A DNA stretch of 64,000 nucleotides. Origin: Nitrospira sp. Its GTDB lineage: Bacteria; Nitrospirota; Nitrospiria; Nitrospirales; Nitrospiraceae. The DNA lies in NCBI GenBank assembly GCA_022226955.1, contig CP092079.1, positions 948,015 through 1,012,014 on the forward strand, given 5' to 3'. Made by a program: the position numbers and the translations under genes. Shown piece by piece: positions 45,210-55,071 of the stretch. A model generated the notes under the pieces. It saw only the letters and a list, made by a program, of their open reading frames with translations. It was not told the DNA's origin and made no database searches. Position 1 is the stretch's first letter. Every line of letters starts with the position of its first letter.

Positions 45210-46784
45210 CTACGCATTCCCTTTCAGCCACTGTTTCACGACCACCGCGGTTCCATCGGGGTTCTTTCTGGCCATGTCGACAATTTGCGCGCGGCTCGCG
45301 CTCGATTCCAGCGAGGCTTCGACCGCGCCGACAGACGCAGGCAAGGCCGGCGCCGCGGCCTCCGTCGAAACCGTTTCAATCGACGAGACGCCCAGCATCG
45401 CAATGAGCGGCCGCACGACAAAGAAGAGAATGAGCAGGAAGAGCAACGCGCCGACGCCATACCGCATGTACGGCATCCAAGGTTGCGTGGACTCCGCCAC
45501 GGCCTCGACGGTCGCCGTCGCCGGTTCCTCTGGGCCGAACCCGAATTGGACATTCACGACCTGCACTTGATCCTGGCGCTCCGCCGAATACCCCATCGCC
45601 TTCTTCACGATGTCTTCGATCCGCTTCAGGTCTTCCTCGCTGCGCGGAATGTATTTCTTGACGGCCTCGCCCGCCGGTTTGTCGGCCGTGTCGCCTTCCG
45701 CCGCTTTGGGCGCTTCGTAGGTGCCATCGACCAGGACCGCCACCGACAGTTTCTTGATCGACCCGATCGGCTCCACGATGCGCGATACTGTCCGGCTGAT
45801 TTCATAATTGACCGTTTCATTCTTGGTTTGCGTCGCATTGGAACTGGTCGGCGTCGGCTCCGCTTCCGTTCCGGGAGGAACGTTAGACTGCACGCCCGGC
45901 ACTCCGCCGGACACGCCGTTGACGCCGTTGGCCTTCTCTTGGCCGCGCTGCTCGCTGCGTACGACTTGTCCATTCGGGTCGTACCGCTCTTCCGTGGTTT
46001 CGATCTTTCTGAAATCGATGAGGCTTGAGACTCGGACTTCCGCCTTATTCAATCCGACAATCCGTTCGAGCATCGACTGGATTCGGCCCTCGATATCTTT
46101 TTCAATCGTGCGCTGATATTCGAGTTGCGTATTGGTCAGGCCAGCCGTCTCATCCTGCGCCGTAGAGGACAGGAGATGGCCGTGGCCATCGACGACGGTA
46201 ATGTCGCGAGCCTGCAAACCTTCCACGCTGCTGGCGACCAAATGCACGACGCCCTGGACTTGCCCCTTGCTTAACGCTTGGGCACTCCTGAGCGACACCA
46301 CGACTGACGCGCGCGGCCGCTCCTGTTCCGCGGCAAATAACCGCCGTTCTGGAATAGCGAGATGCACCCGCGCCCGTTCTACTTCCGGCATCTGCGCAAT
46401 CGTCCGCGCGAGTTCGCCTTGCAGCGCGCGCCGGTAATTCAGCTTTTGCACGAACTCGGACATGCCAATGGACGTCCGGTCGAAAATTTCATAGCCCACG
46501 CCGCCGCCCTTGGGAATGCCTTGGCTGGCCAGCGTTAAACGCAGGTCATGCACCTGCGCCGTAGGCACGAGAATCGTGGCCCCTCCGCCCGTCGTGTCGT
46601 ACGGCGTCTTCGACTCTTTCAGTTTATCGATGATCGCCGCGGCGTCTTCACTATTAAGGTTTGTGAAGAGCACCTGCATATCCGGCTGTTGCGTCCAGAG
46701 GGCCAGCGCAATCAAGCCGGCGACAGATCCCGCCAGCGCCACCAGAATGATCATGCGTTGATTGATCGAGAATTTCGAAAACAT
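45210..46784 (-). CDS. fliF: MS-ring protein FliF
   Basis: GVGYEIFD, NYRRALQGELARTI, ARVHLAIP; two TM helices. Confidence 0.96.
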   Translation of the reverse strand: MFSKFSINQRMIILVALAGSVAGLIALALWTQQPDMQVLFTNLNSEDAAAIIDKLKESKTPYDTTGGGATILVPTAQVHDLRLTLASQGIPKGGGVGYEIFDRTSIGMSEFVQKLNYRRALQGELARTIAQMPEVERARVHLAIPERRLFAAEQERPRASVVVSLRSAQALSKGQVQGVVHLVASSVEGLQARDITVVDGHGHLLSSTAQDETAGLTNTQLEYQRTIEKDIEGRIQSMLERIVGLNKAEVRVSSLIDFRKIETTEERYDPNGQVVRSEQRGQEKANGVNGVSGGVPGVQSNVPPGTEAEPTPTSSNATQTKNETVNYEISRTVSRIVEPIGSIKKLSVAVLVDGTYEAPKAAEGDTADKPAGEAVKKYIPRSEEDLKRIEDIVKKAMGYSAERQDQVQVVNVQFGFGPEEPATATVEAVAESTQPWMPYMRYGVGALLFLLILFFVVRPLIAMLGVSSIETVSTEAAAPALPASVGAVEASLESSASRAQIVDMARKNPDGTAVVVKQWLKGNA

Positions 46785-46821
46785 ACAGCTGGGTTACCTT
46801 CTCCGCCTCGACAGGCTCCGG

Positions 46822-47127
46822 TCACACTTGCATCCGTTGAATTTCTTCGTACGCCGTCACGAGCTTATTGCGAATCTGCATCATCAGTTGGAACGACACA
46901 TCGGCCTGTTGCAACGCCACCATCGTGCCATGGAGATCCGACGATTGCCCGGTCACCAGCGCATCGACCGCCTGATTGGCCTGCACCTGCACGTCATTTG
47001 CCTTCCCGATGGCGCTTTTCAACGTATCCATAAAGCCGCCCGGTCCGGACGTGTCCGCCGCGCCGACTGGCGCGATCTTGTCCGTAATCGCGGGAATCAC
47101 CGGCGAGATGCCTTGGATGGGTGTCAT
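46822..47127 (-). CDS. fliE: FliE
   Basis: DLHGTMVALQQA...QIRNKLVTAYEEIQRMQV. Confidence 0.95.
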   Translation of the reverse strand: MTPIQGISPVIPAITDKIAPVGAADTSGPGGFMDTLKSAIGKANDVQVQANQAVDALVTGQSSDLHGTMVALQQADVSFQLMMQIRNKLVTAYEEIQRMQV

Positions 47128-47130
47128 GGC

Positions 47131-47580
47131 TTACCTCCCGATTTCTAACGCCTTCAATTTCATGCTGCGGTTCGCATTGATCGCCTGCACATTCGCCTCA
47201 TAGGCCCGCGACGCCCCGATCATGTTGACCATCTCTTCCATCACATTCACATTGGGCAGCCGGACAAATCCCTTGGGGTCGGCATCCGGATGATGCGGAT
47301 CGTAGATCGTCTGTCCCGGTTTCCTATCCTCCACGACACGCGCCACGGCCACGCCTTCCAGCGCATGCGACGTCGTACCCAACGCCACCTGCCGAAACGC
47401 TTTCTGAAACGCGCTGGGCACCGGAGCGGAATGAAACACCACGTCCCGCCGCTTGTACGGCCCGCCGCCAGGCGTGCGTGTGGACTGGGCATTGGCCAGA
47501 TTGCTGGCGATGACGTTCAGCCGGCGCCGTTGCGCATCCAGGCCGGATACCGAAACGGCCATCGAATCGGACATATCCAT
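47131..47580 (-). CDS. flgC: Rod protein FlgC
   Basis: SGLDAQRRRLNVIASNLANA, YDPHHPDAD..G.V..PNVN; start MDMSD. Confidence 0.96.
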   Translation of the reverse strand: MDMSDSMAVSVSGLDAQRRRLNVIASNLANAQSTRTPGGGPYKRRDVVFHSAPVPSAFQKAFRQVALGTTSHALEGVAVARVVEDRKPGQTIYDPHHPDADPKGFVRLPNVNVMEEMVNMIGASRAYEANVQAINANRSMKLKALEIGR

Positions 47581-47600
47581 CGTCGCGTCTCCTTTCACTA

Positions 47601-48008
47601 TTAGCGGGCGTCGCGGATCGCGCTGAGAAGCTGCCGGAACCGTTGTGCTGTAATCGTGGCCGATGCGCTATATTGACCGGCGTTATCGGATGACTTCGCC
47701 ATTTCCAATTCAAGATTGACGGAATTCGCATCCAGCGGAAGATCGCCCGCCGGCACTTCCGTCAGTGTTCCCGTGACGGTCTGATAGCCCTGCCCGCGCA
47801 ATCCAATATGCTGCCCTTGCGTCACCGCCATCGTGAGGGGAAAGCGGCCTTTATGGGCCGCTTGCAGCTGCTGCTCAAACTGCAAATCGCTGGCGCGGTA
47901 CCCCGGGGTTTCCTCATTGGCCAGGTTCGAGGCGATCACTCGCTGCCGGGCATTGCGGAGATCCATGTTCCGATGCAACAACTGCATGGTTTTATCTATC
48001 AGTTCCAT
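47601..48008 (-). CDS. flgB: Rod protein FlgB
   Basis: IASNLANEETPGYRASD, DANSVNLELEM. Confidence 0.95.
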   Translation of the reverse strand: MELIDKTMQLLHRNMDLRNARQRVIASNLANEETPGYRASDLQFEQQLQAAHKGRFPLTMAVTQGQHIGLRGQGYQTVTGTLTEVPAGDLPLDANSVNLELEMAKSSDNAGQYSASATITAQRFRQLLSAIRDAR

Positions 48009-48049
48009 CGCAGGCTCCTCCCCTGTTCACACTCATCTCACGTTACTCT

Positions 48050-48066
48050 AGCAACCTCGATGCCTA
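48050..48066 (-). promoter_or_regulatory. sigma54 promoter of the flgB...fliK operon
   Basis: TAGGCATCGAGGTTGCT, GG-N10-GC. Confidence 0.75.
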
Positions 48067-48153
48067 AGAATACGCCCTCCGCCGCCCGGTTACCCGCCAG
48101 ACCAGGCAAGGCTTGCCGGGTCGCAGGATACCGATGGAACAATCTGCCGACCG

Positions 48154-49560
48154 CTACGGCTCCGGCGCCGTCAGCGGCAGTTCGGTTTCGCGATACTCAC
48201 GCAGTTTATTTCTCAAGGTTCGGATGCTGATTCCCAATTCCTTCGCCGCATGCGTCCGGTTATCCTTGACCCGCGATAATGTCTTGAAAATCAGTTCCCG
48301 CTCCATCTCCCAGAGCGATCCGTTCGACGGCGCGTGCGAGGGAATTGGAACCGGATTCGCAACGACGGCCTGGTCCTGACGGGCCTCGGGAAGGTGCATC
48401 GGAAGGATGGTCCCCTGCCCGGCGAGCAAGACGGCGCGTTCCATCACATTTTCCAGTTCCCGCACGTTTCCTTTCCACGGCAGCGTATGGAGATGCGCCA
48501 CGGCGGCGTCCGATACCGCCGGTTGAGCGACGCCATTCCTGACGGCGGAGGCGCCGGTAAAATGACGCGCCAGCAAGGCGATGTCAGCCGGCCGTTCTCT
48601 CAGTGGAGGCACGGTGACGGGGAACACGTTGAGCCGGTAATAGAGATCCTCGCGGAACCGCCCCTGCTCCACTTCCCGGTAGAGCGTGCGATTCGTGGTC
48701 GCGATCACTCGGATATTGACGGCCACTGGGTCGCGGCCGCCGATGCGATCCACCTCACGCTCTTGCAGCACCCGCAAGAGCTTCGCCTGAAGGCCCAAAT
48801 TCATCTCGCTGATTTCATCCAGGAGAATAGTCCCGGTATGCGCCATTTCAAACTTGCCGATTTTTCTCATCATGGCGCCGGTAAACGCGCCTCGCTCATG
48901 TCCGAAAAGCTCGCTTTCCAGCAAGCCGTCCGGCAACGCGGCGCAATTTACGGCAATGAACGGCCGGTGCGCGCGCGGGCTGCGCATATGGATGAACCGA
49001 GCCAGCAATTCCTTGCCCGTCCCGCTCTCTCCATTGATCAAGACCGTCGCTTGACTGGCGGCCACGCCTTCGACCGTGCTGAGCAGCCGAATCATGCCGG
49101 GGTCTTGAGTCAGAATCGCGCGCCCTTCGACAGACGTCGATACGCCGGGCGATTCGAGATCCCGCCCTTCTTTGAGGTTCGCGATGACCCGTTCAAGCAA
49201 GTCCATGGAAAACGGCTTGAGTAAATAATCGCTGGCCCCAAATTTCATCGCATCGACGGCCGTCTCCACCGTCCCATAGGCGGTCATCAACACGATCATG
49301 GTCTGCGGCGCGCGCGCCTTAATATCTTTGATCAGATCCAATCCCGTGATGCGCGGCATCTTCAAATCGGTGATGACGAGCCAGGGGCGGAAGCGCGCCA
49401 CCCGCTCCAACGCATCGGCGCCATCGATAGCGCCCTGCACCTCGTACCCCAATCGCCGGACTGATTCCATCAACGCGGTGCGCATCGACGGTTCATCGTC
49501 GACGATGAGAATGCGATCCTGACTCTCCGTGCTGTCCATTGCGTTCTCGCGGTCATTCAT
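48154..49560 (-). CDS. fleR: sigma54-dependent response regulator, FleR/FlrC-like
   Basis: REC (ITDLKMP), GESGTGKE, GAFTGA, HTH (NRTHAAKELGISIRTL); start MNDRE (RBS GGAGGA). Confidence 0.88.
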   Translation of the reverse strand: MNDRENAMDSTESQDRILIVDDEPSMRTALMESVRRLGYEVQGAIDGADALERVARFRPWLVITDLKMPRITGLDLIKDIKARAPQTMIVLMTAYGTVETAVDAMKFGASDYLLKPFSMDLLERVIANLKEGRDLESPGVSTSVEGRAILTQDPGMIRLLSTVEGVAASQATVLINGESGTGKELLARFIHMRSPRAHRPFIAVNCAALPDGLLESELFGHERGAFTGAMMRKIGKFEMAHTGTILLDEISEMNLGLQAKLLRVLQEREVDRIGGRDPVAVNIRVIATTNRTLYREVEQGRFREDLYYRLNVFPVTVPPLRERPADIALLARHFTGASAVRNGVAQPAVSDAAVAHLHTLPWKGNVRELENVMERAVLLAGQGTILPMHLPEARQDQAVVANPVPIPSHAPSNGSLWEMERELIFKTLSRVKDNRTHAAKELGISIRTLRNKLREYRETELPLTAPEP

Positions 49561-50857
49561 GGGCGCGTTCCTCCATCGTCTCGACATGGACGGCCGACTT
49601 CGAATCGGATGCCGGCCGCTCATGCCCGCCAGGCCACTCTAGGGATTCTGCTCCTGCTATGGACGGCTCTGCCGGATGGGGCAGCAGAATCGTAAACGTC
49701 GTGCCTTCCCCAAGCTGGCTCTCGACGTCGATGCGTCCGTGATGCGCATCGATGATCGCATGCACAATCGCCAGGCCTAACCCGGTGCCTTCATCCTTCG
49801 TCGTAAAGAAGGGATCGAATATTCTGGAGCGGTGAGCCGGATCGATCCCTGGGCCGTTATCGGCGATGGTCAGACAAATCGCGCGCCCTCCAAAGGATGA
49901 ACTGTCTGCCTGCTCTAGTTTGAGCGTCAAAATTCCTCCGGTGGGCATGGCTTGAACGGCGTTTAAAATCAGATTCAAGACGACTTGTTTGAACTGTCCT
50001 TCGTTGCACCACATCGCCGGAATGCGGGGGTCGAGATCGAGCCGGATATCCACGGGGGTCTTGGTAATGGCATGGGCCGCCAATGTCAGGGCGTCCAATA
50101 TTAGCGTCTCGACGGTCTGCCAGCCGCGCGCCGATCGCTCCGGCTGTGTATAGATCAACAGATTGGATAGCAGGCGGTCCAGGCCATGGACGGCCTGAGA
50201 AATCTGCTCCGCATAAGCCAGGCTTGCAGGCTGCTCCTGCAAGTCGCGCCGCAGCATGGAGGCGAACAACTCGATACTGCCGAGCGGGTTGCGGATCTCA
50301 TGGGCGATTCGCCCGACCATTTCACCCATCGCCACTAAGCGGTGCTGGCGTTGCAAGCGTTCCTCCAAGCGGCACATCTGGGTAACATCGTGAATGAGGA
50401 TCAGCTGGCCTGACGATTGCTCCGAAGAAGCCTCCAGCGAGCGTTGCGCGATGGTCAGCACATGAGCCTCGTGCCGTTGAGGCTGTTCACTCACGGTGAG
50501 CTGAAGGCCATCCAAGAGCGCCTGCGCGAATTGTCCTCGAAGTGCATCGTCGGAACGGCCGAGGAGGCGCGTGGCGGCCGCGTTCACCCTCGTCACTCGC
50601 CCGCCGAGATCCACGACCAAAACTCCAGTGGTCAGAGAGTCCAGAATTCCGCTCAGATGCGCCCGCATCGCTTCGTTGTCTTGAAGCTGCTGCCGCAAGG
50701 CGGCATTGCTCTGGGACAGCTCCACATCCATCTGCTCTATGCGATCGGTCAGCGTGGCATACGACCGCTGCAGCGTATGGGCGGCTTGGTCGAAGGTATG
50801 AAAGGCCTCTTGAAGCAGGTCTCGCTCAGCGGGATGCAATGCGGTCGATGGGGTCAT
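49553..50857 (-). CDS. fleS: Cytoplasmic PAS sensor kinase, FleS/FlrB-like
   Basis: N-terminal coiled coil, PAS, AHEIRNPLGS, NLILNAVQA, FFTTK..GTGLGL; no TM helix. Confidence 0.88.
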   Translation of the reverse strand: MTPSTALHPAERDLLQEAFHTFDQAAHTLQRSYATLTDRIEQMDVELSQSNAALRQQLQDNEAMRAHLSGILDSLTTGVLVVDLGGRVTRVNAAATRLLGRSDDALRGQFAQALLDGLQLTVSEQPQRHEAHVLTIAQRSLEASSEQSSGQLILIHDVTQMCRLEERLQRQHRLVAMGEMVGRIAHEIRNPLGSIELFASMLRRDLQEQPASLAYAEQISQAVHGLDRLLSNLLIYTQPERSARGWQTVETLILDALTLAAHAITKTPVDIRLDLDPRIPAMWCNEGQFKQVVLNLILNAVQAMPTGGILTLKLEQADSSSFGGRAICLTIADNGPGIDPAHRSRIFDPFFTTKDEGTGLGLAIVHAIIDAHHGRIDVESQLGEGTTFTILLPHPAEPSIAGAESLEWPGGHERPASDSKSAVHVETMEERAHE

Positions 50858-53022
50858 AGTCCCTCCTGCGGCAACTGCCGCTCCTGTTTAATGCTTTCAT
50901 GGAACGAACTTGAAAACCGGCTCATCAGCGCGTCGCCGCCCTGTCCAAGTTCGGCGAGCGCCACCGTGGCGCGATCGTGCTCTTTCAAGGCTTGCCAGCC
51001 GCGGACGATCTGCAACCGGGCCCATTGGAGCTGATCCCGGTCTGGTTTTTTCTCGATGACGGTATGGTAGACATCGATGGCCTCTCGATGCCGCTTCATT
51101 TGCGCCAGCAGATCGGCGTAGGCCAGCAATGCGGCGGTGGTTTTCGGCGCGCCGGCTTTAAACGCTTCTTCTGTCGCAATCACGGCTTCCTCAGGTTTAT
51201 TCAGGCGCAAAAATACTGAAGCCATTTGTTGATACATCCAGGGGCGATCCGGATGTTTTGGATGATGGAGCATCCAAGCTCGACAGAAATGCAGGAGACC
51301 GGCCCAATCGCCCCTATCCGCCATCGTCTGGACAAGCAGATGCAGCGCTTCCTGTTCGAAGCGGCCCTCCGGATATTCCAAGCGATAGCGCTCCAGCACC
51401 TTTCTGGCCGCCGCCGTGTCGCGTTGCGAGAGATAGACTTTCGCCAAGCCAAGGAGGGCCTGTTCAGTGCCCTGAATGCGCTTGCTTCCTTTGGCCATGA
51501 GTTGATAGAGGCGGCCGGCTTCCGTCGTAAACCCGAGGCGGTCGTGCGCGTCGGCAATGTCGAGCAAGAGCGGAGAGGACAGATAGTACCGTTCTGCGGC
51601 AGGCCCATGCCGGTGAAACAGCGTCGTCAGGGTGACATCGTCATGCGATTTGACGGCGGCCTCCATCCAGGGACGCAGGATCGCGGCCAGCCGCTCGCCG
51701 GCTTTAGCTGGCCAGGGATCGTCCGGCCCTCCGCTGGTGCGGTCTGCCACCAATTTATAGGCAATCAGCGCTGGCGCAATCTCTTCCGATTGTTCCAGAT
51801 GCGCGGCCACTTGATACAAGGCCTCGCTCCCGATCGCATCCTGATCATGCTGCGCGGCAATCGCCTGCATCTGTTTCAGATAGTCTTCCAGGCTCTGATT
51901 CGGCGAGGGATCGTCATAGATAAGTCCCGCAACGCTTGGAGGCGCAGGATTGTTCTCGGCGGCGACTTTCTGCTCCACTCTAAGCGTCGCCAGGCGCACC
52001 GCCGCCAGCACTGCTTGGGAACTGTCTTTGTAGTGCGCCGCAATAAATCCATACAACAATTCCGCGCTGGGCAGGTATTTCGAGGCTTGCAGACTATCGG
52101 CCAGCCGCAACAGCATGGCCGATGCCTCTTGGTGCGCAGGGTACAAATTGTAGAACTGGAGCAACAAACCCCGGCCGATCACCTCATGGCGCAAATCCAG
52201 TTGAATCAAGGCATACCGTCCCAGCGCAAGCGGATTCATTCGCAAAAACTTCGGCCAGCGCCGATAGGCCAAGTCGTACATCGTCGATGCATCCTGAGCC
52301 CGGCGCTGCTGAAAGAAGGAGGAGGCGAGACCGATGGTGGCGTGCAATAAAATTTGATCGTGCTGGCTTCGCTTCCGCAAATCCTCGAATGTCAGCTCCG
52401 CATCCCGCCATTTCTCCAAGGCCAGCGCGGTATAGCCGAGACCGAGCAACGCCCGCTCCCCGTCCGGCGATTGCGCATTATGCGATAGCGCTCGTTCGTA
52501 GAGAGATTGCGCTTCCTGATGCCATCCTTGCGAGAGATACACATCGGCCATGCGCCACTCGGCGCGTTTCGCGTTTACTGATTGCGGATAATCCCGCAGC
52601 AGCGTCTTGTATCGATCGAGTGCTTCCAACCGGCTGCTGTTTTCCGTGTTTTCTCTCAAGGCGGTCTCGGCGAGAAAGGTCATCGCCGTGGGAGTCAGCG
52701 CGCTTTCCGGTTGCTGACCAATCACTTTTTCAAAAAACCGGCGCGCCTGAGACCACTCTCCCTTGCCATAGGCGTTCATGCCTTCCTGCAAGGCCAGCGC
52801 GTCCATGCCTTGCGACTGCCCTTCAAGCCGCGGTCCGTCATCCGGCAAGGTCGAGAGTGCGAGTCCCTTCGAATCGGACGCATGCGCCGGAGAAGAAGGC
52901 GCCGAGGCCGTCGCTGACTCAGCATGCACCAGCGCGAAATCTCCGAGCGCCATTGGCCGCAGGCACAGCCAGGCAAAGAGCAAAAGGGTCAGTTGTGTCC
53001 AAGATCGGTGTGATGAGTACAC
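50854..53022 (-). CDS. Exported tetratricopeptide-repeat protein
   Basis: Signal-peptide-like N-terminus and many TPR-like helical repeats (e.g. AEWRMADVY, ALLGLGY, ALYQVA); ATGA overlap with fleS. Confidence 0.8.
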   Translation of the reverse strand: MYSSHRSWTQLTLLLFAWLCLRPMALGDFALVHAESATASAPSSPAHASDSKGLALSTLPDDGPRLEGQSQGMDALALQEGMNAYGKGEWSQARRFFEKVIGQQPESALTPTAMTFLAETALRENTENSSRLEALDRYKTLLRDYPQSVNAKRAEWRMADVYLSQGWHQEAQSLYERALSHNAQSPDGERALLGLGYTALALEKWRDAELTFEDLRKRSQHDQILLHATIGLASSFFQQRRAQDASTMYDLAYRRWPKFLRMNPLALGRYALIQLDLRHEVIGRGLLLQFYNLYPAHQEASAMLLRLADSLQASKYLPSAELLYGFIAAHYKDSSQAVLAAVRLATLRVEQKVAAENNPAPPSVAGLIYDDPSPNQSLEDYLKQMQAIAAQHDQDAIGSEALYQVAAHLEQSEEIAPALIAYKLVADRTSGGPDDPWPAKAGERLAAILRPWMEAAVKSHDDVTLTTLFHRHGPAAERYYLSSPLLLDIADAHDRLGFTTEAGRLYQLMAKGSKRIQGTEQALLGLAKVYLSQRDTAAARKVLERYRLEYPEGRFEQEALHLLVQTMADRGDWAGLLHFCRAWMLHHPKHPDRPWMYQQMASVFLRLNKPEEAVIATEEAFKAGAPKTTAALLAYADLLAQMKRHREAIDVYHTVIEKKPDRDQLQWARLQIVRGWQALKEHDRATVALAELGQGGDALMSRFSSSFHESIKQERQLPQEGL

Positions 53023-53036
53023 GGCAAGGCTACCTC

Positions 53037-53052
53037 AGCAAAGAGTATGCCT
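53037..53052 (-). promoter_or_regulatory. sigma54 promoter of the TPR-fleS-fleR operon
   Basis: AGGCATACTCTTTGCT, GG-N10-GC. Confidence 0.75.
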
Positions 53053-53159
53053 TTAGCCTCACGATGCGGATTCGTTTGAGTATCGGGAAGAAACTGGAAG
53101 GAGGTCAGCAGATCAGATCAATCGGCCGTCAAATCGGCCGACAAGGATTTTTGAGGATC

Positions 53160-53173
53160 GTCAACGATTTGAC
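53160..53173. promoter_or_regulatory. Candidate FleQ-type enhancer box
   Basis: GTCA-ACGATT-TGAC, about 110-120 bp upstream of -24. Confidence 0.55.
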
Positions 53174-53186
53174 GGCATCAGACACA

Positions 53187-54599
53187 CTAATTCGACAACG
53201 CATCGACACGGGGTTTCGAGTCTATTCCGCGTCGCTTCAACTTCTCGACAAGGGTGGTGCGATTGACGTGGAGCAGCTGCGCCGCTCGCGCGGTCACGCC
53301 ATTCGCCTTGCGCATGGCTTCTCCGATCAACTGATTTTCATACTGCTCCACTTCATTGGAGAGATGAATCCCCTCTTCGGTAAAGCGGATAAACTGTTCC
53401 TTCAGCTCTGGCTGACCCACCGTTTTCCTGTGCAGCTTCTCGGGCAAATCGGCAAGGGTCAAGAGCCCCTGCTTCTTCAGCACGACCAGGCGCTCGATCA
53501 TGTTTTCCAACTCGCGGATATTTCCAGGCCACTGAAAATCCATTAGCAGTTCCAGCGCATCAGGGGCAAACCCCTCGATAGCAGTTCGCTTCATATGATT
53601 GAATCGATTCAGGAAATGCTCAATCAGCAAGGGAATATCGCTTTGCCGGTCGCGCAACGGCGGCGTGACGATCGGGATCACATTCAAGCGATAGTAGAGG
53701 TCTTGCCGGAAGCGTTTTTCCTCAACCAGCTTCTCAAGGTCCTGATTGGTTGCGGCAACAATCCGCACATCGACCTGAATGGTCCGGCTGCCCCCCACCC
53801 GCTCAAATGAGCGCTCTTGGATGACGCGCAGAAGTTTTACCTGCAACGAGAGACTCATTTCGCCGACTTCGTCGAGAAAAATCGTTCCGCCATTGGCAAG
53901 CTCGAACCGGCCCATGCGCGTCTGAGCCGCGCCGGTGAAGGCGCCCTTTTCATGCCCGAACAGTTCAGATTCAAGCAGCGTTTCCGGAATGGCCCCGCAG
54001 TTAACCGGCACCATTGGCCGATCTTTTCGAGAACTATTGAAGTGGAGCATGCGCGCCACCAATTCTTTTCCGGTGCCGCTTTCTCCCTGAATCAAGACCG
54101 TGCTGTCGCTGTCGGCGACTTTTTGCACGAAATCCAAGACTTGCTGCATCGGTTCGCTGACGCCAATCAACTGCTCAAGACGGTACTGCTCGCGCACGGC
54201 TTTCCGAAGCAGATGATTCTCCTGGCGAAGGCGTTGAAACTCGATCGCCTTTTTCACCACCACCACGACGGTATCGGGGTCGAACGGCTTCGTCACGAAA
54301 TCGAATGCGCCGGCTTTCATCGCCTGGACCGCGCATTCGACCGTCCCAAACCCGGTCATGACGATGGGGATAATCTTGGAATCGATCCTGGTCACACGCT
54401 CGATCACTTCGATGCCGTTAAAATCCGGCAGCTGAAAATCCGTGACCAAAATCTGAACGGGATGCTCTTTGACGACTTGTATGCCCGTTGTCGCATCGGC
54501 GGCAACGGAGACGGTATAGCCTTCCGAAGACAGCGTCTCATGCAGTACATCACGCACTGCTTGGTCGTCATCGATAACGAGAATATGGAGAGGAGGCAT
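53187..54599 (-). CDS. fleQ: sigma54-dependent activator, FleQ/FlrA-like master regulator
   Basis: REC (VIDDD, VTDFQLP), GESGTGKE, GAFTGA, HTH (AAQLLHVNRTTLVEKLKR); heads the flagellar cluster; start MPPLHI at 54599. Confidence 0.8.
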   Translation of the reverse strand: MPPLHILVIDDDQAVRDVLHETLSSEGYTVSVAADATTGIQVVKEHPVQILVTDFQLPDFNGIEVIERVTRIDSKIIPIVMTGFGTVECAVQAMKAGAFDFVTKPFDPDTVVVVVKKAIEFQRLRQENHLLRKAVREQYRLEQLIGVSEPMQQVLDFVQKVADSDSTVLIQGESGTGKELVARMLHFNSSRKDRPMVPVNCGAIPETLLESELFGHEKGAFTGAAQTRMGRFELANGGTIFLDEVGEMSLSLQVKLLRVIQERSFERVGGSRTIQVDVRIVAATNQDLEKLVEEKRFRQDLYYRLNVIPIVTPPLRDRQSDIPLLIEHFLNRFNHMKRTAIEGFAPDALELLMDFQWPGNIRELENMIERLVVLKKQGLLTLADLPEKLHRKTVGQPELKEQFIRFTEEGIHLSNEVEQYENQLIGEAMRKANGVTARAAQLLHVNRTTLVEKLKRRGIDSKPRVDALSN

Positions 54600-54981
54600 T
54601 AGATTGTTATTCCCAAATGATATATAAAAATATGGCGCATAGGATAAAGATCCCGCCGCATCAATGCAAGCACAACGATCACGCTCACGCCGGGTGGTCG
54701 GCTGGGCCATGGGTCAGCAGTTAAGCCGAGCAAGCCATCATGATGGCGCTGGTGCGTAATTCGGCTAACCTTGCTCACCCATTCCGATTCATGACGATCA
54801 CCCTTTCCGGTACAGCATGACCCGTCGTTTTGGTGGTCATGATCACCGTCGTCCGGCAAGCCTGACCACTGGCAGACCTTTTAACTAGCTGTCCTTTCTC
54901 CTGGTTAAGCGAGTTGGTGAACTTGGTGTCCCGCCATCGCACTGCCATTGACCCGCAGCACGACGCCGGTGGTGTGAGCAG

Positions 54982-55050
54982 GGCTAACGTTCCGCATGTA
55001 CCAGACGCGCGCAAGACCTGCGCGCGTCTGGTACATGCAGTTGTTAGAGC
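54982..55050 (-). repeat. attC-like integron recombination site (69 bp)
   Basis: Minus strand: GCTCTAAC-aactg-[perfect 20-bp inverted repeat, 54994-55013/55019-55038, 5-nt loop]-...cggaac-GTTAGCC; 5-nt and 6-nt spacers as in attC; 22 bp after an ORF stop. Confidence 0.65.
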
Positions 55051-55071
55051 GCGATCGTTCCCGTTTCAGTG

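Noticed and set aside
43168-45570. 800-aa plus-strand ORF, and similar long ORFs at 3018-4625, 253-1356, 29276-30595, 34143-35495 and 52122-53546
   Set aside because: Antisense shadows of well-supported minus-strand genes in GC-rich DNA, with no recognisable motifs
54599-54859. 86-aa His/Asp-rich ORF upstream of fleQ
   Set aside because: TTG start with no clear RBS, it runs through the fleQ promoter region, and it has no recognisable domain
54900-54912. 13-bp inverted match TCGCTTAACCAGG between 54900-54912 and 61087-61099 (IS3 end)
   Set aside because: About one match of this length is expected by chance in an 8-kb region, and the flanks do not extend
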